Shown here in pieces: positions 35,501 to 46,217 of a DNA stretch of 64,000 nt (its first letter is position 1; the number at the start of each line of letters is the position of its first letter). The stretch covers positions 130,264 to 194,263 of the forward strand of contig CAVQCH010000002.1 of NCBI GenBank assembly GCA_963710945.1, read 5' to 3'. The position numbers and the translations under genes were made by a program. The notes below the pieces were generated by a model, which saw only the letters and a program-made list of their open reading frames with translations, did no database searches and was not told where the DNA came from. The stretch is from an uncultured Acidobacteriota bacterium (GTDB taxonomy: Bacteria; Acidobacteriota; Thermoanaerobaculia; UBA5066; Gp7-AA6).

Positions 35501-38337
35501 ATCTGCTGGGGGCGGCCGAACGGGTCGAAGCACAGGCGGTACGTTCCCGGCGCCGCCGAGGGCCGGGACGTCGCCAGCGGGCCGCCGCTGAAGGCGCAGG
35601 TCGTGGCGAGGTCGGCCGTGACCGTCTCGGATGTCGCGTCCGGCACCCACTCCGACGCGAACCGCGCGTTGCCGGTCCCGTCGAATAGCGTGAACTTCTT
35701 GACGACGGACGCTCCTGGCTGCAGCCGCTTTTCGCGGATCCCGCGGCCGAGGCCGTCGTACTCGTAGCGCTGCCACGTCGCCGCGGCCGCGTTCGTCGGC
35801 GCGACGGGACAGGATTGCCGCGTTGTCGCGCGATAGGCCGACGTGGCGTTGGGCCCCTCGTAACAGACCCACGTCTTGAGCTCCGCGGAGGACGGCGGCG
35901 TGATCTGGCGGACCCGTCCGAGGGAGTCGTATGTGTATGCGGTCGTGCGGCCGGCCGGGTCGGCCGCGGTCTTGATCCAGCCCGTCGTCGCGTCCCGCGT
36001 GTAGCCATGCAGAGCGAAGGTCGGCGTCCCGACGGCGCCGTTCACGAACCGTTCCGTCAGGAGCTCGCCGTTCTGGTGCGTGTAGGTCTTGCCGAAGAGG
36101 TCGCCGTCCTGGCCGACCGAGCCCGGAAACGTGGCGTAGTTGGCCGAACAGTAGGTTCGCGACGGCGTCGAAGGCGAGGCGAAGGTCTTCGTGAACTCCT
36201 TGTCGACGCTGCCGTGCCCGTCGTCGTAGCGGCAGGCGAGAAACGCGAGGTCCCGCGCGGCGTCGTAGACGAAGCGTCCCTTGAGGAATCCGTCGGAGCG
36301 GTCGAACTCGAAATACTCGTCCCGCACCGACGAGCCCTCCGTCACCGTGCGCCGTTCGTAGACGTTCGGCAGGACGAGGCCGCCCGCGGGCGGGCCCGTG
36401 ATCCAGTTGACCGGGTTCCAATCCGTCACGATCGTGCGGGCGTCGCCGCCGAGGGTGCCGCCGTGCGTCTCCGTGTCGTAGTGGCGGCCGTTGTTCTCCC
36501 AGGTGTCGTTGACGGCCGAGAAGGTGGTCAGGTGGTACGGGCAGCTGGCGCAATTTCCGGCGCCGTGGATCGTCTTCTCCGACTGCAGGCGCCGGTTCCC
36601 GACCTTGTCCGTCGGGTTGTCGTACTCGAACGTCTTCTGGAGGACGCGCAGGGCCTTGCTCGCGCAGAACGGCTTGTCGGTCGCGTCTCCGGGGCAGAGC
36701 GGCTCGGAGAGGTCGGCCTGCGAGGGCTCGGTCTCGAAGACGCGCTCTTCGACGTCGGCGCCCACGCGGTCGCCCGGCGCGCTGTACTTCGCCTGGGCGG
36801 GGAAGGGTCCGAGCAGCCGCGGGCTGCTCGTGAAGAGGAGTACCTTCGCGCGCCTGCGGCCCGCGTCGGCGGCGGCGTTGCGATCGGTGGCGGGCTGCAC
36901 GACGATCGTCAGCGTCTGCGGCTCGCCCGACCCCGACTCGCCGCGCGGCAGCGCGTACTGCTTGTAGTCGGTCACGTTCACGGACGCGCCCACGGTCTCC
37001 GTGCGCTGGATGACGCCCGTCTGCACGTCCGTCCACCGCAGCTCGTTGTCCTCGACGCAGTCGCCGGGAGCGATGTCGGGCGCGAGCTCCTCGGGGTCCG
37101 CGCCTCCGCAGAACTGCCCGGTGTAGGGCACGAGGATCGATGCGATCGAGGGCGGGGCGAGCGAGGGGCAGCCGTTCCGGAGCGCCCCGCTGCGGCCGTG
37201 ATGGAAGTTCCAGTTCGCCCAGCAGTATGCGATCGATCCCTGCGTGGGAAGCGTGACCTTCGCGAGGAACCCCTTGACATAGGTGAACTGGTACTTCGGC
37301 GCAGCGCCCGAATCGTCGGCCGGCAGGTCCAGGCTCGCGAGCTCCTGGAGGTTCGCATAGAGCCACAGGGCGTTCCCGTTCGCGCTGCCGCAGAACTTGC
37401 CGTAGCTCTCGGCGGTCGGCGCGTAGCGCAGCGTCCACGACCGCGTGGCCGCGGCACCGTCGACGAATACCGGGAAGTCCACCGAAGTGATCATGTCGGC
37501 GACGCCGTTGACGGTCCCGAGGTTGACGTGGATCCTGCTGCCGGAAGGCAGCGTGACGTCCTTCGGCACCCACCCGCCGGCGGGCGGCGGCGTCGTGCAG
37601 AGCATCTTCATCCGCGACGCGATGACCGTTTCGCAGGTCGAAGCGCCGTACGTCCAGCACGGACTGAGCCCCGTGTAGTAGCTGACGGAGTAGGAATTCC
37701 CGAAGGGATCCGCGACGGAGGTGAGGTACCAGCCGTCTCGCGCGAGCTGGAAATCGTGGGTGCCGGTCACGCCGGCGCCGCTGACCTGCTGGTCGAACGA
37801 ATAGTGGTTGCCGTCGCCGTCCCACATGTCGAAGGGGCCGGTGCCCGTCAGGAAGAGCGGCGATCCGTCGCTCGTGACCCAGCCGTTGCCGCGCTCGGCG
37901 TTGAAGGCGTGCTGGCTGCCGTCGGGGCCGAAGTAGCAGTTCGACCAGGTCGCGCCGTGCTTGCACTGCTTGATCGCGCCGAGCGTCAGCTCCCATCCGA
38001 TCGGGAGCGACGGGTTGCCGACGAGCGGTTTGTAGAAGAAGTCGGGACTCTGCAGCTGCGAGGCCGGGCTGCCGAACTCGTCCACCCGCGAGTTGTAATT
38101 GAGCGCGAACTGGACGCGAAGTTTCGGTCCGACGGGATACGACGGCCCGATCGCGATCGGGATCGTCAGCTGGCCGTTGTACAGGTTGATCGAGTCGATC
38201 GGGCCGTGGTCGAACACGCTGTGCACGTATCCCGGAGCGCCGTCGGAATCGTTGTCGGGGCCGCTCTGGGCGCGGCTGGCAGAAACGTTTGTCACCAGGG
38301 AGCAGAGGGCGAGCACCGGCGCGAGCATCCTTCTCAT
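32569..38337 (-). CDS. Rhs/YD-repeat polymorphic toxin with signal peptide, internal SLH domains and C-terminal alpha/beta-hydrolase
   Basis: YD repeats, Rhs core DHLGSPR...WNRYAYTLGNPMKHIDPDG, SLH motifs VTRAQMAAF and GITSGC, C-terminal GHSHGG. Confidence 0.92.
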   Translation of the reverse strand: MRRMLAPVLALCSLVTNVSASRAQSGPDNDSDGAPGYVHSVFDHGPIDSINLYNGQLTIPIAIGPSYPVGPKLRVQFALNYNSRVDEFGSPASQLQSPDFFYKPLVGNPSLPIGWELTLGAIKQCKHGATWSNCYFGPDGSQHAFNAERGNGWVTSDGSPLFLTGTGPFDMWDGDGNHYSFDQQVSGAGVTGTHDFQLARDGWYLTSVADPFGNSYSVSYYTGLSPCWTYGASTCETVIASRMKMLCTTPPPAGGWVPKDVTLPSGSRIHVNLGTVNGVADMITSVDFPVFVDGAAATRSWTLRYAPTAESYGKFCGSANGNALWLYANLQELASLDLPADDSGAAPKYQFTYVKGFLAKVTLPTQGSIAYCWANWNFHHGRSGALRNGCPSLAPPSIASILVPYTGQFCGGADPEELAPDIAPGDCVEDNELRWTDVQTGVIQRTETVGASVNVTDYKQYALPRGESGSGEPQTLTIVVQPATDRNAAADAGRRRAKVLLFTSSPRLLGPFPAQAKYSAPGDRVGADVEERVFETEPSQADLSEPLCPGDATDKPFCASKALRVLQKTFEYDNPTDKVGNRRLQSEKTIHGAGNCASCPYHLTTFSAVNDTWENNGRHYDTETHGGTLGGDARTIVTDWNPVNWITGPPAGGLVLPNVYERRTVTEGSSVRDEYFEFDRSDGFLKGRFVYDAARDLAFLACRYDDGHGSVDKEFTKTFASPSTPSRTYCSANYATFPGSVGQDGDLFGKTYTHQNGELLTERFVNGAVGTPTFALHGYTRDATTGWIKTAADPAGRTTAYTYDSLGRVRQITPPSSAELKTWVCYEGPNATSAYRATTRQSCPVAPTNAAAATWQRYEYDGLGRGIREKRLQPGASVVKKFTLFDGTGNARFASEWVPDATSETVTADLATTCAFSGGPLATSRPSAAPGTYRLCFDPFGRPQQIVGAKHSSLHTVDRTDGAEPYSDTSEAVKTYCVNAQFANLGQATCASGGLNPVSTAEHDAFGRLTKLTEPTGESTTYGYDVNGKLTSVTQGAQGRTFGYDANGFLRSETTPEGGAVSYDGIGSLGNVLKETRPGGLVVARKFDFAGRSVEEDAGGSKHVVNCYDGAGACVDGSPGSAGGAYPGGKLTRRYGYNWIPTAGPVVDEQFEYSDAGGRLSKLTAAVGNGDLAASASQTFSYGNLGLVSSHGHPRSTGSFTVADTYTNGLPTAISANGVGVVTAAAWNPAAGLASWTAGNSGAPMVTIIAQDATMLPRPASISNSLWSSGAYGYDGGGNVLKIGASDAFTYDSRSRLSSAKYGSTPRTFAYDRYGNLTQNGGSIAIDPATNRVTSWGASYDSRGNLTAYNGDTMAWDGLDRQYRNTNASSDWVFLFNGAGERIAKFPGASSVLRREMARLITEANKAAGKSGWSSAPNPCTGSAFTNPPCSDPDANYIQSLYIHGVAAGCNGSDFCPDAPVTRAQMAAFVVKGYKPEPYAAPACRGIFTDVTCSGPYAAFAPYIETLYSEGITSGCSTSPLQFCPGSNVTSWQILVWMAKTPAVPGGVAWAAAYHPVPRGSIYTFRDEQNRIVTEMAGGTGGSATATLSVTRDNVFLGNTLVASYVASPAGWQYTTSDHLGSPRVVFNQSGQLLETHKYWPYGEETSGVPPAQSLSFCLMEKDAGATRYYDHARTHDHGMGRFLSPDRVGGSPGNPQTWNRYAYTLGNPMKHIDPDGLLTVLVHGTDARGSADFRQGGRFYEHVVSTVPDRAYASFQWSGADNHHARVKAANDLAGFIKAYNFSPGEKLNIIGHSHGGNVAILAVNVGLGRTVSNLVTLGAPSRPGYHLQDPSAVANFVNVLNSFDGVQIRGGGNYESPAEFGPAARTQPNALNINWNVDSGPVGSHGGLHSPGAWDFTLPHLQLDATQRADRRQDVVWDHY

Positions 38338-38341
38338 GTCT

Positions 38342-38363
38342 CGAACTCCTTTGTCGGAGTTCG
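38342..38363 (-). promoter_or_regulatory. Hairpin covering the Rhs Shine-Dalgarno
   Basis: mRNA CGAACUCC-GACAAA-GGAGUUCG-AGAC-AUG. Perfect 8-bp stem containing GGAG. Confidence 0.5.
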
Positions 38364-38431
38364 CCGGCGAATCTCTGGTTATGAATTGTCGCGAGCGGCC
38401 ACGCGCGCCGTGGCGGACTTGCGGGGGAGAG

Positions 38432-41060
38432 CTATCGGCCGCGGCCGAGCAGGCGCGACCAGAAGGTCGGCCTGCGCCAGGACTCGATGTTCTTCACGAA
38501 ATAGAGCGCGCTTTGATAGTGCTGGCACGAGTACGCGTAGGACGTGCCATCGGGCGTCATCACGACGGCGCGCACGGCCACGCCCGCGGTGTCCGGCGGC
38601 GCGAGCTCCTTCCAGAGCGTCGCGCGGCCGCTTTCGACGTCGATCTTCTCGACTCTTGCCGGAATCTCGCCCATGCGGAAGACGAAGAAACTCTTGCCAT
38701 CCGCCGCCCACTGGACGGGAACGAGGAGCCCTGTCAGGCCCGGGACCGGGCGCGGTTGCCCTCCGTCGACGGGGCACAGCGCGATCTGATTCTCGGGCGA
38801 GCGCGCAACCACCAGGAGCCCGTCCGGCGAGAGCGCGTTGCCCCCGGCGACGAGCTCGTACCCTTCCGGAGCGATGCGCCGCGGCTCGCGCCCCTGCGGG
38901 TCGACGACGAAGATGCCGGTCTTCCCGCCCTTCGCCTGCCCCCACACGAGAACCCTCTTGCCGTCGCGGAACCAGCTTGCCCACCGGATGGCCTCGAAGA
39001 ATCCTTCGCTCACCGTTCTCGGCGCTCCGGCCGCCGTCGGGAGCGCCAGGAGCTTGCCATGCTGGCTCGCGAGCACCCACGCCCCGTCGGGCGAGAGGCC
39101 CGTGCGCGACACCTTCACCCAGTCGAACCGGCGGCGAATCGTCCCCCTTCGCGATCCAGACGTTCTCCGCCTCCTGCACGAAGGCGTCTCGCAGGACGAT
39201 CAGTCTTGCCGTCGTCGGAAATGTCGACCACCCGCAGGTCCGTTCGGCTGACGACGCGCGATTCGGACTTCTGGCCCGACGAGCAGGCCGTGTGCCCATT
39301 CTTCCTGGTCGAAGAGCGTGAGCAGGGCTCTCCCATCGCGGGAGACGTCGTGCAGGTCGGCGGTGAACGGCGCGCGGTCGATCATGCGCTGCCGGCCCGA
39401 GAGGTCGATAGCGATGAGGGGTGTCGACGCCGCCTCGTCGTTGGTTGCCGGAAGCCAGACCTCGTCGCCGTCCGGCGACCACGGGGAGCTCCACCAGTCC
39501 GGCCAGAGGGGGCCGAGCACGGTCTTGCGGTTCTGAGAGTCGATGACGGAAAGCGAGTAGCCGTTGTAAGGCAACCCTTCGTAGAAGAGGATTCGGCCTC
39601 CCGATGGGAGACACGCGCGGCGACAGAATCCAGGCCGAGCTCTCGTACACCAGTCGGCCGGGCGGGTATTCCAGCCGCTGATGTGCGCCGTCCTGTCGGA
39701 CCACCGCGAGGTCCTTTCCATCGGGCCCCCAGTCGGCAAACTGCACGTCGCGCAGGACCTCGCGGGGAGATCCGCCCGAAAGCGGCACGACCGCCAGAGT
39801 CCCGCGGCGGGTGTAGAGGTTGTAGTCGATCTTCGGCTCGAGAAGGATGGCCATTTCGCCGCGCGACGAAACGGACAGAAGCTCCGCGCTCGGCAGGGGC
39901 AGAGCCGTGGATTCCCGACCCCCCGGGCGCGTCGAGAAGATCCGGGATGGCGTCCCGTCCCAGTCGGCGCTGTAGAGAATCGTCTGGCCGTCCGGGGCGA
40001 AGCGGGCGTTGCTGATGAAGCCGCGCCGGTAGGTGAGACGTTCGTAGGTCGGAAAAGAGCGGGCCCTGGCGCCGGCGAACCATGACCCTGCCAGGGCGGC
40101 GGCAAGCAGCGCCAGCGCTGTCGCGACGGCCATTCGGGCGCGCGACCGGCGGGGAAGGCTTGCTTCCGTCACTCGCGCCGCGCCGCTCGTCGTTGGAAGG
40201 CCCGATAGCGCCTCGAGGGCGAAGGCGATGTCGCTCGAAGCGGACTGGAACCTGCGCTCGGGGTTCTTCTCGAGGCAGTGGCGCAGGATGCGCTCGAGGC
40301 CCGGGCTGACGTTCTGGTTGGTGACGGAGAGGTCCGGCGGGTCTTCCTTCAGGATCGCGGCCATCGTTTCGCCGGCCGAATCGGCGTGGAACGCGCGCTT
40401 GCCCGAGAACATCTCGTAGAGGATTGCCCCGAAGGAGAAGATGTCGCTCCTCGCGTCGGCCGGCCGTCCCTTGACCTGCTCGGGCGACATGTAGGCGAGC
40501 GTGCCCATGACGACGCCGGGCTCGGTCGCGGAGGCGACGGTCGGCAGGTTCGTCGCGCCGGCGGCCGGCTCGACCTGCGTCAGCTTCGCCAGGCCGAAGT
40601 CGAGGATCTTGACGCGGCCGTCCTTCGTGACGAAGAGGTTCTCGGGCTTCAAGTCCCGATGGACGATGCCCTTGTCGTGCGCGGCGGCGAGGCCCTGAGC
40701 GATCTGGATGGCGTGGTCGATCGCGCTGCGCAACGGCAGGCTCCCGGAAGCGAGCGCCTGGCGCAGCGTCTCGCCCTCGAGCAGCTCCTGGACGACGTAG
40801 GGAGCGCCGTCGCTCGGGTTCGTCCCGATGTCGTAGACGGCGGTGATGTTCGGGTGGTTCAGGACTCCCGCGGCTTTCGCCTCCTGCTCGAATCGTCTCA
40901 GCCGGTCGGCGTCGTTCGAAAACGAGGCCGGAAGAACCTTGATCGCGACATCGCGGCCGAGCCGCGGATCCTTCGCCCGGTACACCTCTCCCATGCCGCC
41001 CGCGCCGATCGGCGCGAGGATCTCGTAGGGACCGAGCCTCGTTCCGGCGGCGAGGCTCAT
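38432..41060 (-). CDS. Hanks-type Ser/Thr protein kinase with TM and PD40/TolB-like propeller (frameshifted)
   Basis: [20 protein letters not shown] and GTLAYMSPE motifs. Repeated SPDG/APDG motifs across several frames. Confidence 0.88.
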
Positions 41061-43746
41061 GGGCGTTTCTGGTCCGAGAGCGTCATGAGCCAGAGCGAGG
41101 AGCCGCCGTTCTCACGACAGTAGTAGAGGAACCGTCCGTCGGGCGAGATCGTCGGCTCTTCCAGAAAAAGTCCCGCATCGGGAAAATGGGTGACCTGCTG
41201 GAGCGGCCCGCCCCCGGTCGGAACGCGATAGATGTTGCGGTGGCTCGGCTGGATGTAGATCCACTTTCCATCCGGCGAAAAGAACGGATGCCGCATCCGC
41301 TCGTAGCCGGTCGTCAGCTGCTTCAGCGGGCCGCCGGCGGCGGGCATGCTGAAGAGCTGGACGATGCCGTCCTTGGTGCCCGTGATCGCGATCCACCTTC
41401 CGTCGGGGGAGAAGACGCTGTCGAACTTCGCGCCGGGCGTATCGGTGAGCTGGGTCGCCTTGCGCGTGTCGAGATCGAAGGAGAAGATCTGCTGTACCCC
41501 GTTGACCTCGTCGGAATAGAGGAATCTCTTCCCGTCCGGCGACGGTCCGATGGCGAAGGCGCCCTGGGCCACCCGCGTGAAGACCTGCTCCGCGCGGCTG
41601 CCGTCCAGGGCGACGATCCAGTTCGAGCTGCGCTGGCCCTCTTCGGAGCGGCTGACCAGCGAGTTGACGTCCGTCCAGCCAGACGGTGCCCACTTGCGCG
41701 ACGTCTTCCCCGGGTAGCTGCAGCCTCTCGCGGCGGCGGCTCTCGACGTCGAGCACTTCCACTTCCTTGTGGCCGAGGGTGTCGCTCACGAGGGCGACGC
41801 GCCGGCCGTCGGGCGACACGCTCGGATAGCTGTCGGTGACGCGGCCGCTCGTCAGCGGCTCCTCGGGTCCGGCGGGCGATTCCCCTCCGGGCGAGAGCGG
41901 CAGCCGTGTCAGGTTGCGCGAGGCCTCGAGCTCCGGGACCGCGAGCCGGAGGCCGTCGCGGGTGATCGCGAATTCCAGGACTTCGGTGGTCATGAGGCTG
42001 ACGGTGGACGGGGCGCCCCCGACGACCTGGCCATTCGACGAGACCTCCACGAACTGGATACGGCTGCCGCCCTGCGGGTCGCGGACGATGAAGTAAAGCC
42101 GGTTCGAAGAGGGATCCCATGCATGGCCGAGGCCGGCGGCGACCAGCGGGTGCGCCTTTCCGCCCCCGGCCGGCATCAACATGATGCCGTCGGGCTGCGT
42201 CTCGAGGCTGATCCATCTTCCGTCCGGCGAGCACGCGATCCGGCTGATCTCCCACGTCGAGGCCTCGCTCGGCAGCACCGCCCGCGGCGCGCCGCCGCTG
42301 GATGGCACCTCCATGATGGAACGCCGGACCTCGGAGCCGCTCACGTAGAGAATGCTCTTGCCGTCCGGGCGCCACGCGGGGAAGTTGGCGTCCGGAGCCA
42401 GGCGCCGCGCGGCGCCGCCGAGAGTCGGTACTGTCCAGAGATCTCCTCCCAGCGTGCGGACGTTCTGGCCGTACGTCCCGCCGATCCGGATGAGACCGCT
42501 CTTCGAGGAGCGGGTCGAGACGAAGGCGACCGCGTTTCCGTCGGGAGAGAAGGCGGGCTGGACGTCCTGGGCGGCGTCGCTCGAGATGTTGATGTCCTGT
42601 CCGGCGTCTCCGCGGCGGACGTAGACCTCGAAGTTCCCGCTGCGGTCGGAGGCGTAAGCGAGAAGGCTGCCGTCCGGCGACCAGCTCGGCCACTCGGAAT
42701 GACCCCCGCCGCGCGTGATGCGCGCGAGCTTCGTGACGACGGGGATACGGGCGCCTGCTGGATGCGGAGCGAAGCGCCAGGACAGGACGGACGCGAGGAC
42801 CGCCGCCGCGATCGCCGAGGCCACGAGCGTCCATGGTCGCGCCCCGCGACGGCGGGCAGACGCCGCTTCTGGCGCCGCCGTCGGCGCTTCTTCGGATGTC
42901 GCGTCGATCTCGAGCCGGGCGTCGGCAATGTCGTGAAGCCGCCGCGTCGGCTCGCGGTCGAGGCAACGCTTCAGGAGCCGGCGGACGGAGGGAGGCGTCG
43001 AGGCCGGAAGCGCCGTCCAGCCCGGCTCGGTCTTCAGAATTGCCGCGAGCGTGTCGGAGACCGTCTCTCCCTCGAACGCCTTGCGCCCGGTCAGCATCTC
43101 GTAGAGAACGGCGCCGAAGGCCCAGATATCCGTCCGCTTGTCGACGGGTTTCCCGCGGGCCTGCTCGGGAGACATGTATGCCGCCGTGCCGATGACGACG
43201 CCCGCCTGCGTGGCGGCGGCCGTGAGCGTCGGAGAGTGGGAGATCTCGGGAGACGAGGCGTCCCGGGTCAGGGCCTTGGCGAGGCCGAAATCGAGGACCT
43301 TGACCTTGCCCTCCGGGGTCAGCTTCACGTTGGCCGGCTTCAGGTCCCGGTGAACGATCCCCTTCTCGTGCGCGGCCTCGAGCGCGTCGGCGATCTGCCG
43401 CGCAATGGCGAGGGCCTCGTCGACCGGGATCGGGCCGGACGCGATCCTTTCCGCCAGCGTCTCGCCCTCCACCAGCTCCAGGACGAGCGCTCGCGTGCCG
43501 CCCGATTCCTCGAGGCCGTGGATGTGCGCGATGTTCGGATGGTTGAGAGACGCCAGGACCTGCGCCTCGCGCTGGAAGCGCGCCAGCCGCTCGGCGATCG
43601 GCGGCGAAGGCGTCGGGCAGCACCTTGATGGCCACCTCGCGGTTGAGCTTGCCATCCCGCGCCCGGTACACCTCTCCCATCCCGCCCGCGCCCAGAGGCG
43701 AGAGGATTTCGTAGGGTCCGAGCTTGGTGCCCGACGAGAGGCTCAA
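41057..43746 (-). CDS. Hanks-type Ser/Thr protein kinase with TM and PD40/TolB-like propeller (frameshifted)
   Basis: TTG start, [29 protein letters not shown] and many SPDG repeats. Stop overlaps the next kinase ATG. Confidence 0.88.
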
Positions 43747-43819
43747 GGCTCCCTTCGTGAGTTCCGTTGGTGCTGGCGGGATTCTATCCGGCGCGCGAGG
43801 CGGGCGATACACTCCCGCC

Positions 43820-45559
43820 GTGGCCCGCATTCACCGTCTCGAGAGCCCCGTCATCGACCGCATCGCGGCGGGGGAGGTCGTGGAGCGGCCCGCCTCGGCC
43901 GTCAAGGAGCTCGTCGAGAACGCGCTCGACGCCGGCGCGTCCCGCGTGGACGTGGCCGTGGACGGCGGCGGCGTCGACCGGATCCTCGTCCGCGACGACG
44001 GTTCCGGAATGTCGGCCGAGGACGCGCGGCTCTCGCTCGAGCGCCATGCGACCTCGAAGATCGCGACCGACGCGGACCTCTCGGGCGTCGAGACCTTCGG
44101 GTTCCGGGGCGAGGCTCTGCCCTCGATCGCCTCGGTGTCGAAGCTGACCCTGACGACTTCCGACGGCTCCTCGCCGGAAGCCGTCCGCCTGCGGATCGAG
44201 TTCGGCGGCCCCGTCTCCGAGGAGCCGGCGGCGCGCGCGCGCGGCACGGACGTCCTCGTCGAAGGCCTCTTTTCCCGGACGCCGGCGCGGCGCAAGTTTC
44301 TGGCGTCGCCCGAGGCGGAGGCGCGCGCCGTCGCGGCCGCGGTCACGAAGGCGGCGCTTTCCAACCACGCCGTGGCCTTCACCCTGCTGTCGAACGGCCG
44401 CGAGACGCTCGAGGCGCCGGCCGCCGTGGACCGCGGCGCCCGCATCCTCCAGGTGTTCGGCCGCGCGGCTCTCGGCGAGCTCGAGCTCTTCGAGGCGCGG
44501 TCGGGCGCGCTGCGGCTGGTGGGCTACGCGACGCGCGGCGCGGTGACCTTTCCGAGCCGCCGGTACCAGTACCTCTTCGTCAACGGCCGGCCGGTCGAGG
44601 ATCGCGCGCTGTCGCGCGCGATCGGCCAGGCCTCGCGCGACGCGATCCGGCTGGATCGCCATCCGGCCGTGTTCCTGTACCTGACGGCCGAGCCGGGCGC
44701 CGTGGACGTCAACGTCTCGCCGGCGAAGACGCAGGTCCGCTTCGCGGACGGCGCGACCGCGTTCCGCCTCGTGTACCACGCGATGAACTCGGCGCTGCTC
44801 GCCGGCAAGGAGGAACGCCGCCTGCGCCCGGTGCCGTCGGGCGGCCTCGTCGCCGAGCCGCCCGGCGAGTACCGGGACCCATTTGCCGTCTCGGTCGGCG
44901 TTCCGGTCGGCGTTCCCGCCCCGCCGCGGGAGGAAGGCGCGCCGGCGCCGCAGGCCCGCCGCCGCCCGCGCCGGAGAAACGCCCGCCGGACATCGTCCCG
45001 ATCGGCCAGCACCGCGAGTCCTTCATCGTGGCGACGGGGCCCGAAGGCCTCCTCGTCATCGACCAGCACGCGGCCCACGAGCGCACGCTCTACGAACGCA
45101 TCCGCGACCGGGTCGCCTCGGGACGGATGCTGTCGCAGCGCCTGCTGTTGCGGGTGCTCTTCGAGGCGACGCCGGAGGAAGTCGAGACTCTCGGCGCGCG
45201 CCTCTCCGACCTCGCGGCGGCCGGTTTCGAGATCGAGCCCATGTCGGGCCGTTCCTACGCGATCGCCGCGCTTGCCGGCCGAGGCGACCGACCGCGATCC
45301 CGCCGAGACGCTGCGGATGGCGCTCGCGGCGCTCGCCGATTCCGGGAGCGCCGACGAGGCGCTGCGCCGGGATCGCCTGGCCGCGAGCCTCGCGTGCCGC
45401 TCGGCGGTGACGATCCGGTACCATCTCGCGCCCGAGGAGATCCGGCACCTGATCTCGGACTGGGCGAAGACGCGCGACCGCTTCACGTGCCCGCACGGGC
45501 GGCCCGTGGTGCTCTCGATGTCGGAAGAAGAGCTCGAGAAGTACTTCAAGCGCCGCTGA
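43820..45559 (+). CDS. mutL: DNA mismatch repair endonuclease MutL (frameshifted)
   Basis: [40 protein letters not shown] and CPHGRP motifs. GTG at 43820. Confidence 0.93.
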   Translation: MARIHRLESPVIDRIAAGEVVERPASAVKELVENALDAGASRVDVAVDGGGVDRILVRDDGSGMSAEDARLSLERHATSKIATDADLSGVETFGFRGEALPSIASVSKLTLTTSDGSSPEAVRLRIEFGGPVSEEPAARARGTDVLVEGLFSRTPARRKFLASPEAEARAVAAAVTKAALSNHAVAFTLLSNGRETLEAPAAVDRGARILQVFGRAALGELELFEARSGALRLVGYATRGAVTFPSRRYQYLFVNGRPVEDRALSRAIGQASRDAIRLDRHPAVFLYLTAEPGAVDVNVSPAKTQVRFADGATAFRLVYHAMNSALLAGKEERRLRPVPSGGLVAEPPGEYRDPFAVSVGVPVGVPAPPREEGAPAPQARRRPRRRNARRTSSRSASTASPSSWRRGPKASSSSTSTRPTSARSTNASATGSPRDGCCRSACCCGCSSRRRRRKSRLSARASPTSRRPVSRSSPCRAVPTRSPRLPAEATDRDPAETLRMALAALADSGSADEALRRDRLAASLACRSAVTIRYHLAPEEIRHLISDWAKTRDRFTCPHGRPVVLSMSEEELEKYFKRR

Positions 45560-45567
45560 AAACGAAA

Positions 45568-45589
45568 GCGGGAGACTTTCGTCTCCCGC
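45568..45589. terminator. Intrinsic terminator between convergent mutL and the ECF operon
   Basis: GCGGGAGAC-TTTC-GTCTCCCGC, with TTTCGTTTT following on the minus strand. Confidence 0.7.
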
Positions 45590-45618
45590 CTGGGTCTACC
45601 CGTGCCGGGCCTGTCGGC

Positions 45619-46217
45619 TTACTGGCTCCGCGGCGGCATTCCCGCCTGGGCCTCGGTCTCGTTGCGGCGCTTGCGGACGTGGCTGACGATCAGCACCAGG
45701 CCGAGGAGGATGAAGGCCAGCGGGCCGCCCCATTCGGACATGAAGGACCAGTCGATCTCGAAGTAGCGGTCGATCAGGAGCAGCGCGCCGAGGCCCACCA
45801 GGATGACGCCCCAGGTCAGCCCGCCGGTTCCCGCGGCGGCCTTGCGCATCTGCTGCTCGGGCGCGAATCCCGCCTCGCGCGAGCTCTCCCCGGTTGATCG
45901 CCTTGGCCTGGCGCACCGCGTCGATGATCGCGAAGAACCAGACGAACGCGATGAGCGGCCCGAAGAACTCGCCGGGTCCGCCGTGCGACGTCATCATGAT
46001 CCCGAGGATGAACGCGCCTCCCACCGCGAACGCGCGGGGGTAGAGGCCGAGATACAGGTGGCCGAGCCCCGGGAACATCGAGAGGAATCCCGGCCAGCGC
46101 CGGCGACTTGCGATCCACGACGACCGTGTACGGGGCGGTCGGCGGCGGCATCGTCGGCGGGGCGGCCGGAGGCGGCGGGGGCGGTGCCGCGGGCTGGGCG
46201 TTGAAGGTGTCGTTCAT
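45619..46217 (-). CDS. Hypothetical multi-TM membrane protein (frameshifted), last gene of the ECF operon
   Basis: Pro-rich N-terminus, PGLGHLYLG motif, C-terminal WGVILVGLGALLL helices, split over three frames. Confidence 0.65.
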
